64,000 nt of DNA from Octopus sinensis (taxonomy: Eukaryota). The stretch is from the NCBI RefSeq assembly GCF_006345805.1, contig NC_043023.1:20398001-20462000 (forward strand). The letters run 5' to 3'. Below the pieces are notes generated by a model. It worked only from the letters and a program-made list of their open reading frames with translations, was not told where the DNA came from and made no database searches. Each line of letters begins with the position of its first letter. Within the stretch, counting starts at the first letter, position 1. Positions 25,201 to 39,345 of the stretch are shown here, piece by piece. The translations under genes and the position numbers were made by a program.

Positions 25201-25707
25201 TGTGTGCGTGTATCATCATTGTTTAACATCTGCTTTCCATGCTGGCATGAGTTGGATGCTTTGATAGGAACCGGCCAAGCAGGGGCACCAGGCGTTTGTG
25301 TGTTTTGGCAGGATTTTACGGCTGGATGCCCTTCCTAATTCCAACCTTTTCTAACACCAACCCCTTCATATGTATGTATATGGTGGTCTCTCCCATTGTT
25401 AGGTGACGTATGAGGGTTCGACCGGTTCTTACTGAACAGCCACACACAGGATTTGTTTTATAGTGATGAAATGGTTGTGTTCACATAAGCTCATTCCCTC
25501 CATCAAATTGACATTACCTGTACAGGTGCAAATGGTGCCACATGTCAGATGACGAAATGATCACAGAGCAACGTGTAATGAAGTGCTTTGCTCAAGAACA
25601 CAACGCAGTGCCCGATCTGGGAATTGAACCCACGATCTCGCAATCTTCTACTCCAGCCTTGTGCCAACCAAAGTCTTGTGAGTGCATTTGGTAACTAAAA
25701 GAAGCCC

Positions 25708-25758
<51 letters not shown>

Positions 25759-27121
25759 TTGTATATATATATATATATATCAGAAATACTAAATTTCTAA
25801 ATCTCTCGTAAAGACATGTACGGTGTTGGGTCGATAGAATGGTTGTATACTGTCAATCTAACACGAACGTGACAGTAGGGGGGGGGTACACCACCGCTGT
25901 TTAGGGCTATATATATATATATATATAATATATATATATATACTACTAATATATACTACACTCGCGGAGTGGTTGGCGTTAGGAAGGGCATCAAGCTGTA
26001 GAAACATTGCCAGATAAGACTGGAGCCTGGTGCAGCCTTCTGGCTTCCCAGATCCCCGGTCAAACCGTCCAACCCATGCTAGCATGGAGAACAGACGTTA
26101 AACGATGATGATGATGAATATAGGATGAAGTTTTTTTCTCTACAGAAAAATATTCCATCAAAAAATGTGGCAGCATATTAAAATACCTTTACTGTTAAAA
26201 TTATAAACAACTTATAAGAAAGGGCTAAAGAAAATTATTTCAAAGCCAATATACTGATATATATTATCCACATATAATCTACTCGCTACAGAAAACTTGA
26301 ACTGAAGTGTTATTTATTTTTTACATTAATCTTAATCTTATTTCGGCCAGAGTTCTTTCGTCACACTCCTGTGACCGCATCAGTGGTCCTTTGCTTTCTT
26401 CTTTCTTATTTGTGTCTCTCCTTCTTTGAAGGCAGTACTCCAGCATGGTCACAGTGTAATGTCTAGAACATGTACAAGATGAAATTTCATATATATATGT
26501 TTGGGGAGGGTCGTTCTATTTTAATGCCTCGTTAATTAACACACTCATTGGTTTGATTTCCACTCATTTACTTATTATAGAAAAAAAAGTGAACGAATGG
26601 AAATTGAACCGGTGAGTGTGTTAATTAACGAGGCATTATTAAAACAGAATGACTCTCCCCAGACACAACAAAATATCCTTCAATACACGAATTCACATAA
26701 AGAATCTTGCAAACCAAATACAAAAACGATATATATATATATATATTTGGAGGCGCAATGGCCCAGTGGTTAGGGCAGCGGACTCGCGATCGTAGGATTG
26801 CGGTTTCGATTCCCAGACCGGGCGTTGTGAGTGTTTATTGAGCAAAAACACTTAAAGCTCCACGAGGCTCCAGCAGGGGGGGGGGCGATCCCTTCTGTAC
26901 TCTTTCGCCGCAAATTTCTCTCGTTCTTCCTTCTGTTGGCCTACTTGCTTAGCCAGCGGGGTGGAGTCATATGAAGGCTAAAACAATGCGAAGTGCATTG
27001 TGACCAGCGATGTGTAGCAACATCTGATAGCCTTGTCGGTCACGGTGATCATGGTGATATATATATACAAAATGGTTGACGGTTAGTAAGGAGAGACACA
27101 AATAAGAAAGAAGAAAGGAAA

Positions 27122-27166
27122 GGACCACTGATGAGGTCACAGGTGTGTGACGAAAGAACTCTGGCC
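27122..27166 (+). ncRNA. Minimal type-I hammerhead ribozyme motif
   Basis: GGACCA-CUGAUGA-G-GUCAC aggugu GUGAC-GAAA-GAAC-UC-UGGCC. The mirror copy at 26345-26389(-) has CUGAUGC. Confidence 0.6.
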
Positions 27167-27357
27167 GAAATAAGATTAAGATTAATGTAAAAAATAAATA
27201 ACACTGAAGCAAAATAACACCAAATATATAGTGCGTGTGTTTTTATTGGCTAAACTGGCAAAATGACCATTCCGAAATATAACAATATCTGTTTCAACAC
27301 ACGACTTCACATAAAAAATCTTGCACAACAGATATATAAACGTACTATATATATATA

Positions 27358-27578
27358 TCTTTTACTCTTTTACTTGTTTCAGTCATTTGACTGCGGCCAT
27401 GCTGGAGCACCGCCTTTAGTCGAGCAACTCGACCCTGGGACTTATTCTTTGTAAGCCCAGTACTTATTCTATCGGTCTCTTTTTGCCGAACCACTAAGTG
27501 ACGAGGACGTAAACACACCAGCATCGGTTGTCAAGCAATGCTAGGGGGACAAACACACAAACACATACACACACATAC

Positions 27579-27611
<33 letters not shown>

Positions 27612-27782
27612 CATATATACGACGGGCTTCTTTCAGTTTCCGTCTACCAAATCCACTCACAAGGCATTGGTCAGCCTGGGGCTATAGCAGAAGACACTTG
27701 CCCAATGTGCCACGCAATGGGACTGAACCCAGAACCATGTGGTTGGTTAGCAAGCTACTTACCACACAGCCACTCCTGTGCC
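27358..27782 (-). mobile_element. Family A SINE
   Basis: Full-length reverse copy. Confidence 0.85.
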
Positions 27783-28074
27783 TATATATATATATATATA
27801 TATGCATACTTACATACATATGCACACCCAATTTGCCACCACCACCACCACCCATCCCTCCATTACCTTCACTGATTGCTTGAGGCCAATCCATCTTTTC
27901 TCACCTGTCGTTCTTGTCTCCTCATTGCTCTTCTGTTTATCCACCTTGTTGTTGTTGTTGCTGTGTGTGTGTGTGTTACTTTTCACTGTTTCGCCACCCC
28001 TCACGTCAAGTACACTCTACCCCTCGGCCACCCTTGAGACCAGTGCTGTGATATATATAGTCAGGACAAAGTAC

Positions 28075-28800
28075 ACACACACACACACATTTAAACACAC
28101 GCGCACACACACACATTTAAACACACGCGCACACACACACATTTAAACACACGCGCACACACACACACATTTAAACACACACACACACATTTAAGCACAC
28201 ACACACACACACACATTTAAACACACACACACACATTTAAACACACACACACACACTTTAAACACACACACACACATTAAACACACACACACACATTTAA
28301 CCACACACACACATTTAACACACACCACACACACACATTTAACACCCACACACACACACATTTAAAAACACACGCGCACACACACACATTTAAACACACA
28401 CACACACTTTAAACACACCACCCACATTTAAACACACACACAACATTTAAACACCACACCCCATTTAAACACACACACACCACATTTAAAAACCACACCA
28501 CACATTTAAACACACGCGCACACACATACACATTTAAACACACACCACATTTAACACACACACACACCATTAAACACACACACACACATTTAAACACACA
28601 CACCACACATTTAAACACACACCCACCTTTAAACACACCACACACATTTAAACACACAACACACATTTAAAACACACCGCACATGCCACACACAACACAT
28701 TTAAACACACACACACACATTTAAGCACAACACACCACAACACACATTTAAACACACACACACACACATTAAAAAACATGCATACACACACACACATTTA
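28075..28800. repeat. Compound (CA)n/atttaaa satellite
   Basis: cacacatttaaacacac units of variable length. Confidence 0.9.
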
Positions 28801-29499
28801 CAACATGCGCGTGCACACACACACACACACACACACACACTCTCTCTCTGGTACAAGGCTGCTTTCACACACTTTAACAAATAATTATACACACCTGCAA
28901 ACACAAATCTACACATTTCTACGCATATACTCACACCTACACCCACACCTTTCTACAACACACATACGTATACACTATATATATGAACACTAATTTGTAC
29001 ACAGTCTTTCTCCATACACACACACACACACACCCCACACACACATGAACACGCAAACACCCCCCCCCCACACACACACACATTTCTACAGCACACGCAT
29101 ACATTGTATATACAGACATTATTTGTACACTCACACACACACACATCTTTCTACACACGCATACAAATAGCTTTCTACACACACACACGTACATATACGC
29201 TATATACACACACACACTCATTTGTACGCTCTTCACACACACACACACACACACTTTAGTATTTGTTGTTGTTGTTGTTGATGTTGTCGTTGCTGTGGTT
29301 TGCTGTGTAACACAACGATGGATATTCGTGTTTACTTTTGCTCTTTGCCAGGTTTGATGCGGGTAGAGAAAACCCCGGGATAGAAAATAAATGAAATGCT
29401 TTTCTTAGTGCTTTCTCAATATTTAATATCTACCCTCTCCCATTCCCCCCCTCTCTCTCTCTCACTTCCTCTGTGTAGTTACTATAAATGTTTATTAGT

Positions 29500-30190
29500 C
29501 CATCATCATCATCATCATCGTTGTCGTCATTTAACGTCCGCTTTCCATGCTGGCATGGGTTGGACGATTTGGCTGAGGACTGGGGAACCAGATGGCTGCA
29601 CCAGGCTCCAATCTTGATCTGGCAGAGTTTCTACAGCTGGATGCCCTTCCTAACGCCAACCACTCTGAGAGTGTAGTGGGTGCTTTTACATGCCACCGGC
29701 ACGAGGGTCAGTTTGGTGGAACTGGCAACGGCCACATACAAATGGTGCTTTTTATGTGCCACCTGCATAGGAACCAGTCCAGCGGCACTGGCAACGTCCT
29801 TGCTCGAATGTTTCACATGCCACCAGCACAAGTGCCAGTAAGGCGACGCGGTAACGATCACGCTCAAATGGTGTGCTTAACTTGCCATCGGCACGAAGGC
29901 CAACTTGTTGCTCAGGCAACGATCACGCTCGAATGGTATTTTTAACATGCCATCAGCACAAAGGCCAGCTTGCTCTGGCAACGATCTCCCTCGTATGGTA
30001 CTCTTAGCGCTCCACTAGCAACGGATGTCGGTCACCAAGTTTGATTTCGACTTCGATTTCCCTTGCCTCAACTGGTCTTCGCTGGCAGAGTTTAGTGTCC
30101 AATGAAGAAAAGGTAAGCATAAGTGGACTGGTTACACCCCTAAGCATAGGCCACAAGGTTATGGTCTCACTTGTGCTTGCCGAGTCTTCA
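29500..30190 (-). mobile_element. Long family B retroposon copy
   Basis: Same (cat)n tail and core as the other family B copies, extending further toward the element 5' side. Confidence 0.8.
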
Positions 30191-30476
30191 TAACCTATTT
30201 TACTAATGCTAAGTGACTGACTAAGTACGTTCGTAAAGATGAAATGGTAGAGTTTATAAATAAGAAATTTATGGTATCTAAGTTGAGAGAGAGAGGGAGA
30301 GAAATGGGGGTGGGGCAATGACCGGCTGTCTGTAATGTAACTGGTGCCTTTGTCGTTCAGTGAATGATGAATAAATTGTACGAGTATCCCTCAGCAAGTC
30401 TGTCCTTCCATGTTCTGTCTCAGATTGTTGTTTATCATGTTTGTATGTGATTTATATTGATTTATTCATAGCATTT

Positions 30477-30820
30477 GAAGGTGCATGGCTCAGTGGTTAG
30501 AGCGTTGAGCTTACGATCGTGAGGTTGTGAGCTCGAATCCCGGACCGGGCTGCGTGTTGTGTTCTTGAGCAAGACACTTTATTTCACGTTGCTCCAGTTC
30601 ACTCAGCTGTAGAAATGAGTTGCGACGTCACAGGTGCCAAGCTGTATCGGCCCCTTTGCTTTTCCCTTGGATAACACTGGTGGCGTGGAGAGGGGAGGCT
30701 GGTATGCATGGGCGACTGCTGGTCTTCCATAAACAACCTTGCCCGGACTTGTGTCTAGGAGGGTAACTTTCTAGGTGCAATCCCATGGTCATTCATGACC
30801 GAAGGGGGTCTTTACCCCTT
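30477..30820 (+). mobile_element. Family D tRNA-headed SINE
   Basis: tggctcagtggttagagc A box, ctcgaatccc B-box-like, gtgttcttgagcaagacacttt. A second copy lies at about 32086-32405. Confidence 0.8.
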
Positions 30821-30989
30821 CATAGCATTTGAACCGTGGAGTTGTTTCGTGTGACAAACGTTGAACCAAATTGGAATGCCTTGTTGTGTTGGGCAGTTGT
30901 TTAGTAACCTAAGCCTGTTTAGTAACCTAAGGGAATGGTGTTTTACGTTGGAAGGAAGAAATAGCAGGGTTAAAATCGTGCAATTTTTT

Positions 30990-31390
30990 TTACTCTTTTA
31001 CTTGTTTCAGTCATTTGACTGCGGCCATGCTGGAGCACTGCCTTTAGTCGAGCAAATCGACCCCGGGACTTATTCTTTTTTTGTAAGCCCAGTACTTATT
31101 CTATCGGCCTCTTTTTGCCGAACCGCTAAGTGACGGGGACGTAAACACACCAGCATCGGTTGTCAAGCAATGCTTAGGGGACAAACACAGACACACAAAC
31201 ACACACACATATATATATACATATATACGACAGACTTCTTTCAGTTTCTGTCTACCAAATCCACTCACAAGGCTTTGGTCGGCCCGAGGCTATAGAAGAA
31301 GACACTTGCCCAAGGTGCCATGCAGTGGGACTGAACCCGGAACCATGTAGTTCATAAGCAAGCTACTTACCACACAGCCACTCCTGCGCC
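30990..31390 (-). mobile_element. Family A SINE
   Basis: Full-length reverse copy. Confidence 0.85.
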
Positions 31391-31596
31391 TAATTAAGAT
31401 AGGTTTCTTGTAGATAAGTAACGAGAAGTTGAATCACTGATCTCTTGTTGCATAAGTACTAACATGGGTTGACTGGAAATACATTGATACAGTGTTCAAA
31501 TCTCAGTGTGTTCATCATCTTCTTTTTATCTCAGTATTTGTACACTGTGTGTGTGTGTGTGGATTGACATTAAACGATGGTGTGATATATATATAT

Positions 31597-31639
<43 letters not shown>

Positions 31640-33739
31640 TATATAAATAAATAAATGAATGGAGTTAAATGCAGGTGTTCTTTGGTTTTGGGGAGTGTGG
31701 GACCACTTCTTAGCCACTTGTGCTCCCAGGTTTGCTTTGACCCTGATTAATAACTCCTAACAGGGTTAACTAGCATATGAGATGCAGGACATTGAAATAC
31801 TTCAGGTTGGTGTTCGAGGGCACATTAAAAGCCACTAGGTGTGAGAGTGCCCTGGTTGTTGTTAGGGTATTCTTCAAGGAGAAGGCTAACTCTTTTGAGC
31901 TGAATATCCTGCACTTTGCTTGAGTCTGGGCTTCTACTGAGAGTCATTGAGGTGTTGTGCAAGTTGCACTCAACTTAAAACCCTTGCACAGACATAGCTG
32001 ACACCTTTCAACAATGATCATGCTTGTCTAATTAGACAGCCATCATCTTCCTAGTTTTAACGTCTGCTTCCCCTGCTGGCTACTGAAGGTGCATGGCTCA
32101 CTGGTTAGAGCATCGAGCTTATGATCGTGAGGTTGTGAGTTCGATTCCTGGACCAGGCTGTGTGTTGTATTCTTGAGCAAAACACTTTATTTCACATTGC
32201 TGCTGTAGAAATGAGTTTCAGTGTCACTGATGCCAAGCTGTATCGGCCCCTTTGCCTTTTCCTTTGATAACATCAGTGGCAGAGAGAGGCTGGTATCCAT
32301 AGACAACTGCTGGTCTTCTATAAAACAACCTTGCCCGAACTTGTGCCTCGGAGGGAAACTTTCTAGGTGCAATGCCAGGGTCATTCATGACCGAAGGGGG
32401 TCACCCCATGCTGGCATGGGTTGCATGGCTTCACAGGATTCAACGGGCCCCTGGGCTGTCAAGCTCAAATGTCGACTTTGGCATGGTTCCGTTTACGGCT
32501 GAATGCCCTTCCAGAAGCCACACACGTTATAGAGTGGACTGGGTGTTTTTTTTTCATGTGGCCCCAGCACCAGTGAGGTCTGCTTTGGCATGGTTTCTAT
32601 CCTGGAAGCCTTCCTAATACCAACCACTTTACAGAGTGGACTGGGTGTTTTTTTTTTTTTATGTGGCCCTAGCACCAGTGAGGTCTGCTTTGGCATAGTT
32701 TCTATGCCTGGATGCCCTTCCTAATACCAACCACTTTACAGAGTGGACTAGGTGCTTTTTATGCGACACCAGCCCCAATGAGGTCCACTTTGGCATAGTT
32801 TTATGGTTGGATGTCCTTCTTAACACCAACCCCTTTATAAAGTGTACTGGGTGCTTTTCTTGTGCCATTAGTAGTAATGGGGTCACCAAGTAACTTACAA
32901 GGCAAGGAAAACTGAAAACTACTCCTTTTTAATAAGTGTCGGGGGGGGGGTATTTGAGGGGTTGGAGATGGTTTTATGCCAGGTGTCAGGGGGCTAAAAT
33001 ATGTTTGAGCCATGGTTCTCTAAGGGGTCCACACAATATTTGGGTAGGGGGGCTCCACGCAATCAGAATAGCAAATTAAGGATCTGTGGTAATATTTTAA
33101 GGGTTTATGGAAAAAGTTTTGCTTTAGCTGTTTTTGTTGCAGGATACATCTGGGTTTCTTTCTCTAACATTTTGCCTAGGTGCAGACATGGCTGTGTGGT
33201 AAGAAGCTTGTTTCCCAAGTTCCGGGTTCAGTCCCACTGCATGGCACCTTGGGCAAGTGTCTTTTTCTATAGCCCTGGGCCGACCAAATCCTTGTAAATG
33301 GATTTGGTGAGACAGAAACTGAAAGAAACTTGCCATAAATAGTTTGTCTTTGTGCTTGACCCCACCTTTTCCACGTGACACCTGGTGTTGGTTTGTTTAC
33401 GTCCCTGTAACTCAGCTGTTTGGCCGAAGGAGCTGATAGAATAAGTACCAAGCTTGACTTAGAAAATAAGCCTTGTGAGTGGATTTGGTAGGAGGAAACT
33501 GAAAGAAGCCCATCATATGTGTGTGTGAATGTGTTTTTGTGTGTGTGTTTGTCCTCCAATCACCACTTGACAAACAGTGTTGGTGTATTTACATTCCTGT
33601 AACTTAGCAGTTCAGCAAAAAGACCAATAAAATAAGTACTGGTCTTAAAAAATAAGTCCTGGGTTTGATTTGTTTGACTAAAAATAATGCTCTAATACAG
33701 ACAGGAATTGTTGCCGGTGATTGGGGGAGGCACAAGACC

Positions 33740-34180
33740 ATGATGGATGGAGAAAGATGATGGTTGTTCAAGGTTTGAGAGGGAGAGAGTGAAGTATGAG
33801 AGAATTAGGAAGGGTCTTAGAAGTTGGGGGAACCTGTGGAAAGTGAGTGTTGCTTTTTATGTGTGTGGTTTGTGGGCGGAGGTGTTTGAGTCGTGCAGGC
33901 CTGGTGAGCCATCAAAATCCTCATAGAAATCGACCCATTATAAGCAATGATGTGGCTATTAAAATTCATAACAGAACGTTTGTAATATGTGGCAGGGTGT
34001 ACCTCTTAGGTGGAGGTCTAAATATGGATGTTAAGGGAGTGCATACAGTGGGACCTGTTTCTCCTGCCAGCCAGTACAGGTGTCTAGTATGTAATGAAAA
34101 GTGTAAAAGCTTGGCCGGGGTTAAAAGTCATCACATAAGGGCATCACATGGCAACAATCATGAATCATTTCAGTAAGTCT
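33740..34180 (+). mobile_element. Degenerate RTE-like LINE 3' end with up to three C2H2-like fingers
   Basis: CVVCGRRCLSRAGLVSHQNPH, a degenerate middle unit, and CLVCNEKCKSLAGVKSHHIRASH; same finger style as the 50099 fragment. Confidence 0.55.
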
Positions 34181-35293
34181 TCTTAGCAACAGCTTTTCTT
34201 GTGTAATGAGGATGCAGCTGTGATGTCATATATATATATATATATATCATCCTCATCATTTAACGTCCATTTTCCATGCTGGCATGGGTTGGACGGTTTG
34301 ACTGGGGTCTGGGAAGCCAGGAGGCTGCACCAGGCTCCAGTCTGATCTGGCAGAGTTTCTACAGCTGGATGCCCTTCCTAACGCCAACCACTTCGAGAGT
34401 GTAGTGGGTGCTTTTTACGTGCCACTGGCACAGGTGTCAGACGAGGCTGGAAGCATCCATAATCGGTTGGTGCTTTTTATGTGCCACCGGCACAGACACC
34501 AGTCAAGGCAGCGCTGACATTGGCCACGTTTGGATGGTTCTTTTTATGTGCCACCGGCACAAGGGCCAGAGGAGACTGACAATGTCCACAATTGGTTGCT
34601 GCTTTTTACTTGCCACCGGCACAGATGCCAATCAATGCGGTGCTGGCATTGGCCACGTTTGGATGGTGTCTTTTACGTGCCACCGGCACAGGTATCACAA
34701 CTACAGTTTCCATATATGTAAATAGTAAGGGATTACCCCAAAACAATTACTGGTTTGCACCCTGTACACTCTGTAAAGTGGTTGGTATTAGGAGGGGCAT
34801 CCAGCCATAGAAACCATGCCAAGGCAGACCTCACTGGGGCTGGTGCCACATAAAAAGCACCCAGTACACTTTGTAAAGTGGTGGACATTAGGAAGGACAT
34901 CCAGCCATAGAAACTATGCTGAAGCAGATAGATGGGGCCCAGTGCAGCTGCCCAGCTCCTGTCCAGCTCCTGTCCAACTCATGCCAGCATGGAAATGGAC
35001 ACTAAATGGTGGTGAAACACACACACACATACTTGTCGAGGTATGCTCCATATTATGTATGAAGTTGGTTTTCACAAACCCTCTGCCATAAAGGGAAGTT
35101 CTGTCACGAGGAACCGGTTTTCCCTTGTTAACCCTTTTGTGTTAAATGCAAAGCGCAAGGAAAGATGGGTTTCACATCATGAGGGTCCAGCATGAAGCAG
35201 GATTTTTATCAACACTGAGTTTCTAAACCAAAGAAGATATCTGTGTGTGTGTGTGTGTGTGTGTTAGCAAGTCTTACATTATCTGTGTGTGTG

Positions 35294-35330
<37 letters not shown>

Positions 35331-35732
35331 GACATTTTAACCTGTGTGTATGTGTATCTCTATGCATATATATATATATGATTATGTATGTATGTGTGAG
35401 TGTGTGTGTATATATATATATATATATAGTGTTAGCATGTCTTATGTTATATATATGAAATAGATGTATATGACTGTGTATAAGTATATATGTGTGTATG
35501 TATATATATACATATGTGTATATATATATGCGTGTGTGTGTATATATATGTGTGTGTGTATATATATATGAGTGTGTGTGTGTGTATATATATATGTGTG
35601 TATATATATATGCGTGTGTGTGTGTATATATATGACTTAATATATGTGTGTATATATATATATGCATATGACTATATATATATATATACATACACATGTA
35701 TATAACTATGTGTGTGTGTATGACTGCATATG

Positions 35733-35769
<37 letters not shown>

Positions 35770-36705
35770 CACACACACACACACATGACCACCACCACTG
35801 CATTGTGTTGGCAAGCTGTAGTTATGATGAAAGTGAAAGTAAACAGTGGATATTAAATATATTCTGGCGTGTGTGTGTGTGTGTGTTTTGTAGTTGATGA
35901 AGTTGAAGCAAAGGAAGGAACATAATCACCATTGATTAACAATGACTGATCAATAATCAATCAATACTCTTTAACCTACATAAACACACTCTTTTTCACT
36001 CTCTCATTCTCTCTCTCTTTCTCTCTCTCAAAAGTACACACACACACACACACACACGCTCTTTTGCAATAGTACAAATACTCCCTCTCTCTCTCTCTCT
36101 CTCTCTCTCCCCTCTCCCTCTCTCCCCCACCTCTCTTTCTCTATCATACATGCACACACACACATACATTCTCTCTCTCCCTCCCTCCCTCTCTCTCTCT
36201 CTATCATACATTCCTCTCCCTCTCCCTTTCTCTCTCCTTCTTTCTCTCCCTCTCTCTCTCTCATACATTCCTCTCTCTCCCTCTCTCTCTATCATACATT
36301 CCTCTCCCTCCCCCTCTCTCCCTTTCTCTCTCTCCCTCCCTCCCTCTCTCTCTCTCAATCATACATTCATCTCTCTCCCTATCTCTCTCTATCATACATT
36401 CCTCTCCCTCCATCCCCCTTTCTCCCTCCCTCTCTCTCTCCCTCAATCATACTTTCCTCTCTCTCTCTCTCTCAATAGCACATGCACACGCACACTCTCT
36501 CTCTCAATCGTACATTCCCCCTCTCTCTCTCTCCCAATAGCACAGACACACACACTCTCTCCCTCCCTCCCTCTCTCATACACATCACCTCATTGCCTCC
36601 TTCCTCTCCTAGTCAACATCCAACAACAACAACAGCAACATCGTCTGCCGGTGGTTTTGTGCTGGGATTCTCTTGGTTTCATCTGCTTCCTTCGTCCCCC
36701 CTGCA

Positions 36706-36743
<38 letters not shown>

Positions 36744-37869
36744 GAAGGCATGCGTGCGGCTGTGTGTGTGTTTATGTGCGAATAAGACCTGCCTCTGTGT
36801 GTGTGTGTGTGTGTGTGTGTACGTGCAGATATGTGTGTGTGCATGTGTAGATATATGTATGTCTAAATGTGTGTATGTGTATATATGTGTATGTATGTAT
36901 GTATGTATATGTCTGTATATGTGTAAATATGTCTGTGTGTGTAAATATATTTGTATGTGTAAATGTGTGTGTATAGATATGTGTGTGTGTGTGTAAATAC
37001 ATGTGTTTATGTGTGTGTGTATGTATAGATGTGAATGTGTAAATATGTGTGTGTGCGTGCATGTATGAATGGTAGATTATGTGATTACAAATTTTGCATG
37101 GTAACTGCAAGGTTCCTGTTTCAATCCCAGTGCGGGTCACCTGGGACACCTCAAACAAATATTGTTTATTACGTTGGAATGTGGTTGAGGGGAAACTGTA
37201 TGGAAGCCTGCCATAGATGCCTGTCTGTGTGTCTGTTTGTGTCGCATAACTTAGCAGTATGAAGAATGGAGATCGATAAAGTAGCACATTGAAATATACA
37301 CTGTGGGACAGGTGGGGGGTGGGGAGGGTAATACGATTGGCTGAATCCTCGGAACTGCTGCAGTATGGTCGCAGAAAAGTGACAAACCACTACAGGAACG
37401 TGTGTTCTTTTTGTTTGTCACTAGACTGTGGTCATGCTACAGCACCACCTTGAACAAACCAGCCCCAGGGTGTATTTTAAGCTTAATATCTATTGTCATT
37501 CTCTTTGCGTCAAACTGCTAAGTTAGAGGGATGTAAACAAACCAACCCCAGTTTCCAAGTGGTTGTGCAGAGTACAAGCACAAACAACCCCCCCCCCACG
37601 CGCACACACATGTTAAACACTGTGTGTTGAACCCCCAAACCTGGTCCCTGGGTTTATAGGCCCTTTATACTGTCTTGTTTTAACCCCTGCAGTCAATGGA
37701 GGAGCACCTACATGTCCAGTCTATTAGAAATAGCAACCAAATTATCCTCAAATTACACCTTTTTTGCATGACTGCATTCCTTAATGAAAAGCTAACAAAA
37801 TGTCAGTAAAATTATTAGAAATGGCAGTCAAATCTACCTCGACTCACAAGTTTTGGCAGGTTGGACTTA

Positions 37870-38405
37870 AGATAATGTGGTCCTAGATACACTGTCTGAA
37901 TAAAAGATGGGATGGTCACAGCTGGAACATCTTTGGTCATAGTCCTGCCTTGATCAGGACTGACCTAGGGCTAAGCAACAACTATATCTACTAACTCCTG
38001 TACTAGACATTAGATAATGTAGTCCTAGATACACTATGCCTGAATTATAGATGGGATGGTCACAGCTGGAACATCTTTGGTCATAGGCCTGTCTGGATCA
38101 GGACTGACCTAGGGCTAAGCAACAACTATATCTACTAACTCCTGTACTAGACATTAGATAATGTAGTCCTAGATACACTATGCCTGAATTATAGATGGGA
38201 TGGTCACAGCTGGAACATCTTTGGTCATAGGCCTGTCTGGATCAGGACTGACCTAGGGCTAAGCAACAACTATATCTACTAACTCCTGTACTAGACATTA
38301 GATAATGTAGTCCTAGATACACTAGGCCTGAATTATAGATGGGATGGTCACAGGTGGAACATCTTTGGTCACAGGTTTATTAGATCAAGACTCACCTGGG
38401 GCTAA
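37870..38405 (-). repeat. 144-bp tandem array (about 3.5 units), reverse complement of the 1390-2225 array
   Basis: gatgggatggtcacag at 37906, 38050, 38194 and 38338. Confidence 0.95.
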
Positions 38406-38742
38406 ACGCCTACCACAACAGTGGCCCAGTCTACCTAGCTGTAAAACAGGTACCATAAGATAGCAATAACTAATTTGTTTCCAGCAGTTTCTGAGTTTGT
38501 ACTATGTATAACAAATGGTTTTGTTATTTTGAAGTCCTGAGTTCAACTCGTTGTGTAGGTAACAAAGGCAGTCAATTGCTATGGTTGTCATTTAATGCCT
38601 CTTTTTCCATGCTGGATTCGTTTGGACGGTTCGGCATGAACTGTTATCTGTTATACCAGAGAGACTGCTGAGCCCCAATGTCTGATTTGATGTATTTTCT
38701 ACAGATGGGAGCCCTTCCTGATGCCAACCATTTTATGATGTG

Positions 38743-39143
38743 TACTCTCTTTACTTGTTTCTGTCATTTGACTGCGGCCATGCTGGAGCACCGCCTTTAA
38801 TCGAGCAACTCGACCCCGGGACTTATTCTTTTGTAAGCCCAGTACTTATTCTATCGGTCTCTTTTGCCGAACTGCTAAGTAACGGGGACGTAAACACACC
38901 AGCACCGGTTGTCAAGCAATGCTAGGGGGACAAACACAGACACACAAACACACTCACGCATGTATATATATATACATATATATGACGGGCTTCTTTCAGT
39001 TTCCGTCTACCAAATCCACTCACAAGGCTTTTGTCGGCCCGAGGCTATAGCAGAAGACACTTGCCCAAGGTGCCACGCAGTGGGACTGAACCCGGAACCA
39101 TGTGGTTGGTAAACAAGCTACTTACCACACAGCCACTCCTGCA

Positions 39144-39183
<40 letters not shown>

Positions 39184-39345
39184 CACGACAGGCTTCTTTC
39201 AGTTTCCGTCTACCAAATCCACTCACAGGGTTTTGGTCGGCCCGAGGCTATAGCAGAAGACACTTGTCCAAGATGCCACGCAGTGGGACTGAACCCGGAA
39301 CCATGTGGTTGGTAAACAAGCTACTTACCACACAGCTACTCCTAT
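38743..39345 (-). mobile_element. Family A SINE with duplicated 5' module
   Basis: Tail at 38743; the head/CORE module occurs twice, ending near 39142 and 39345. Confidence 0.85.

Noticed and set aside
36613-36650. Possible phase-1 exon VNIQQQQQQHRLP after cctctcctag
   Set aside because: Weak donor (gtggtt), not frame-symmetric, embedded in microsatellites, no homology support.
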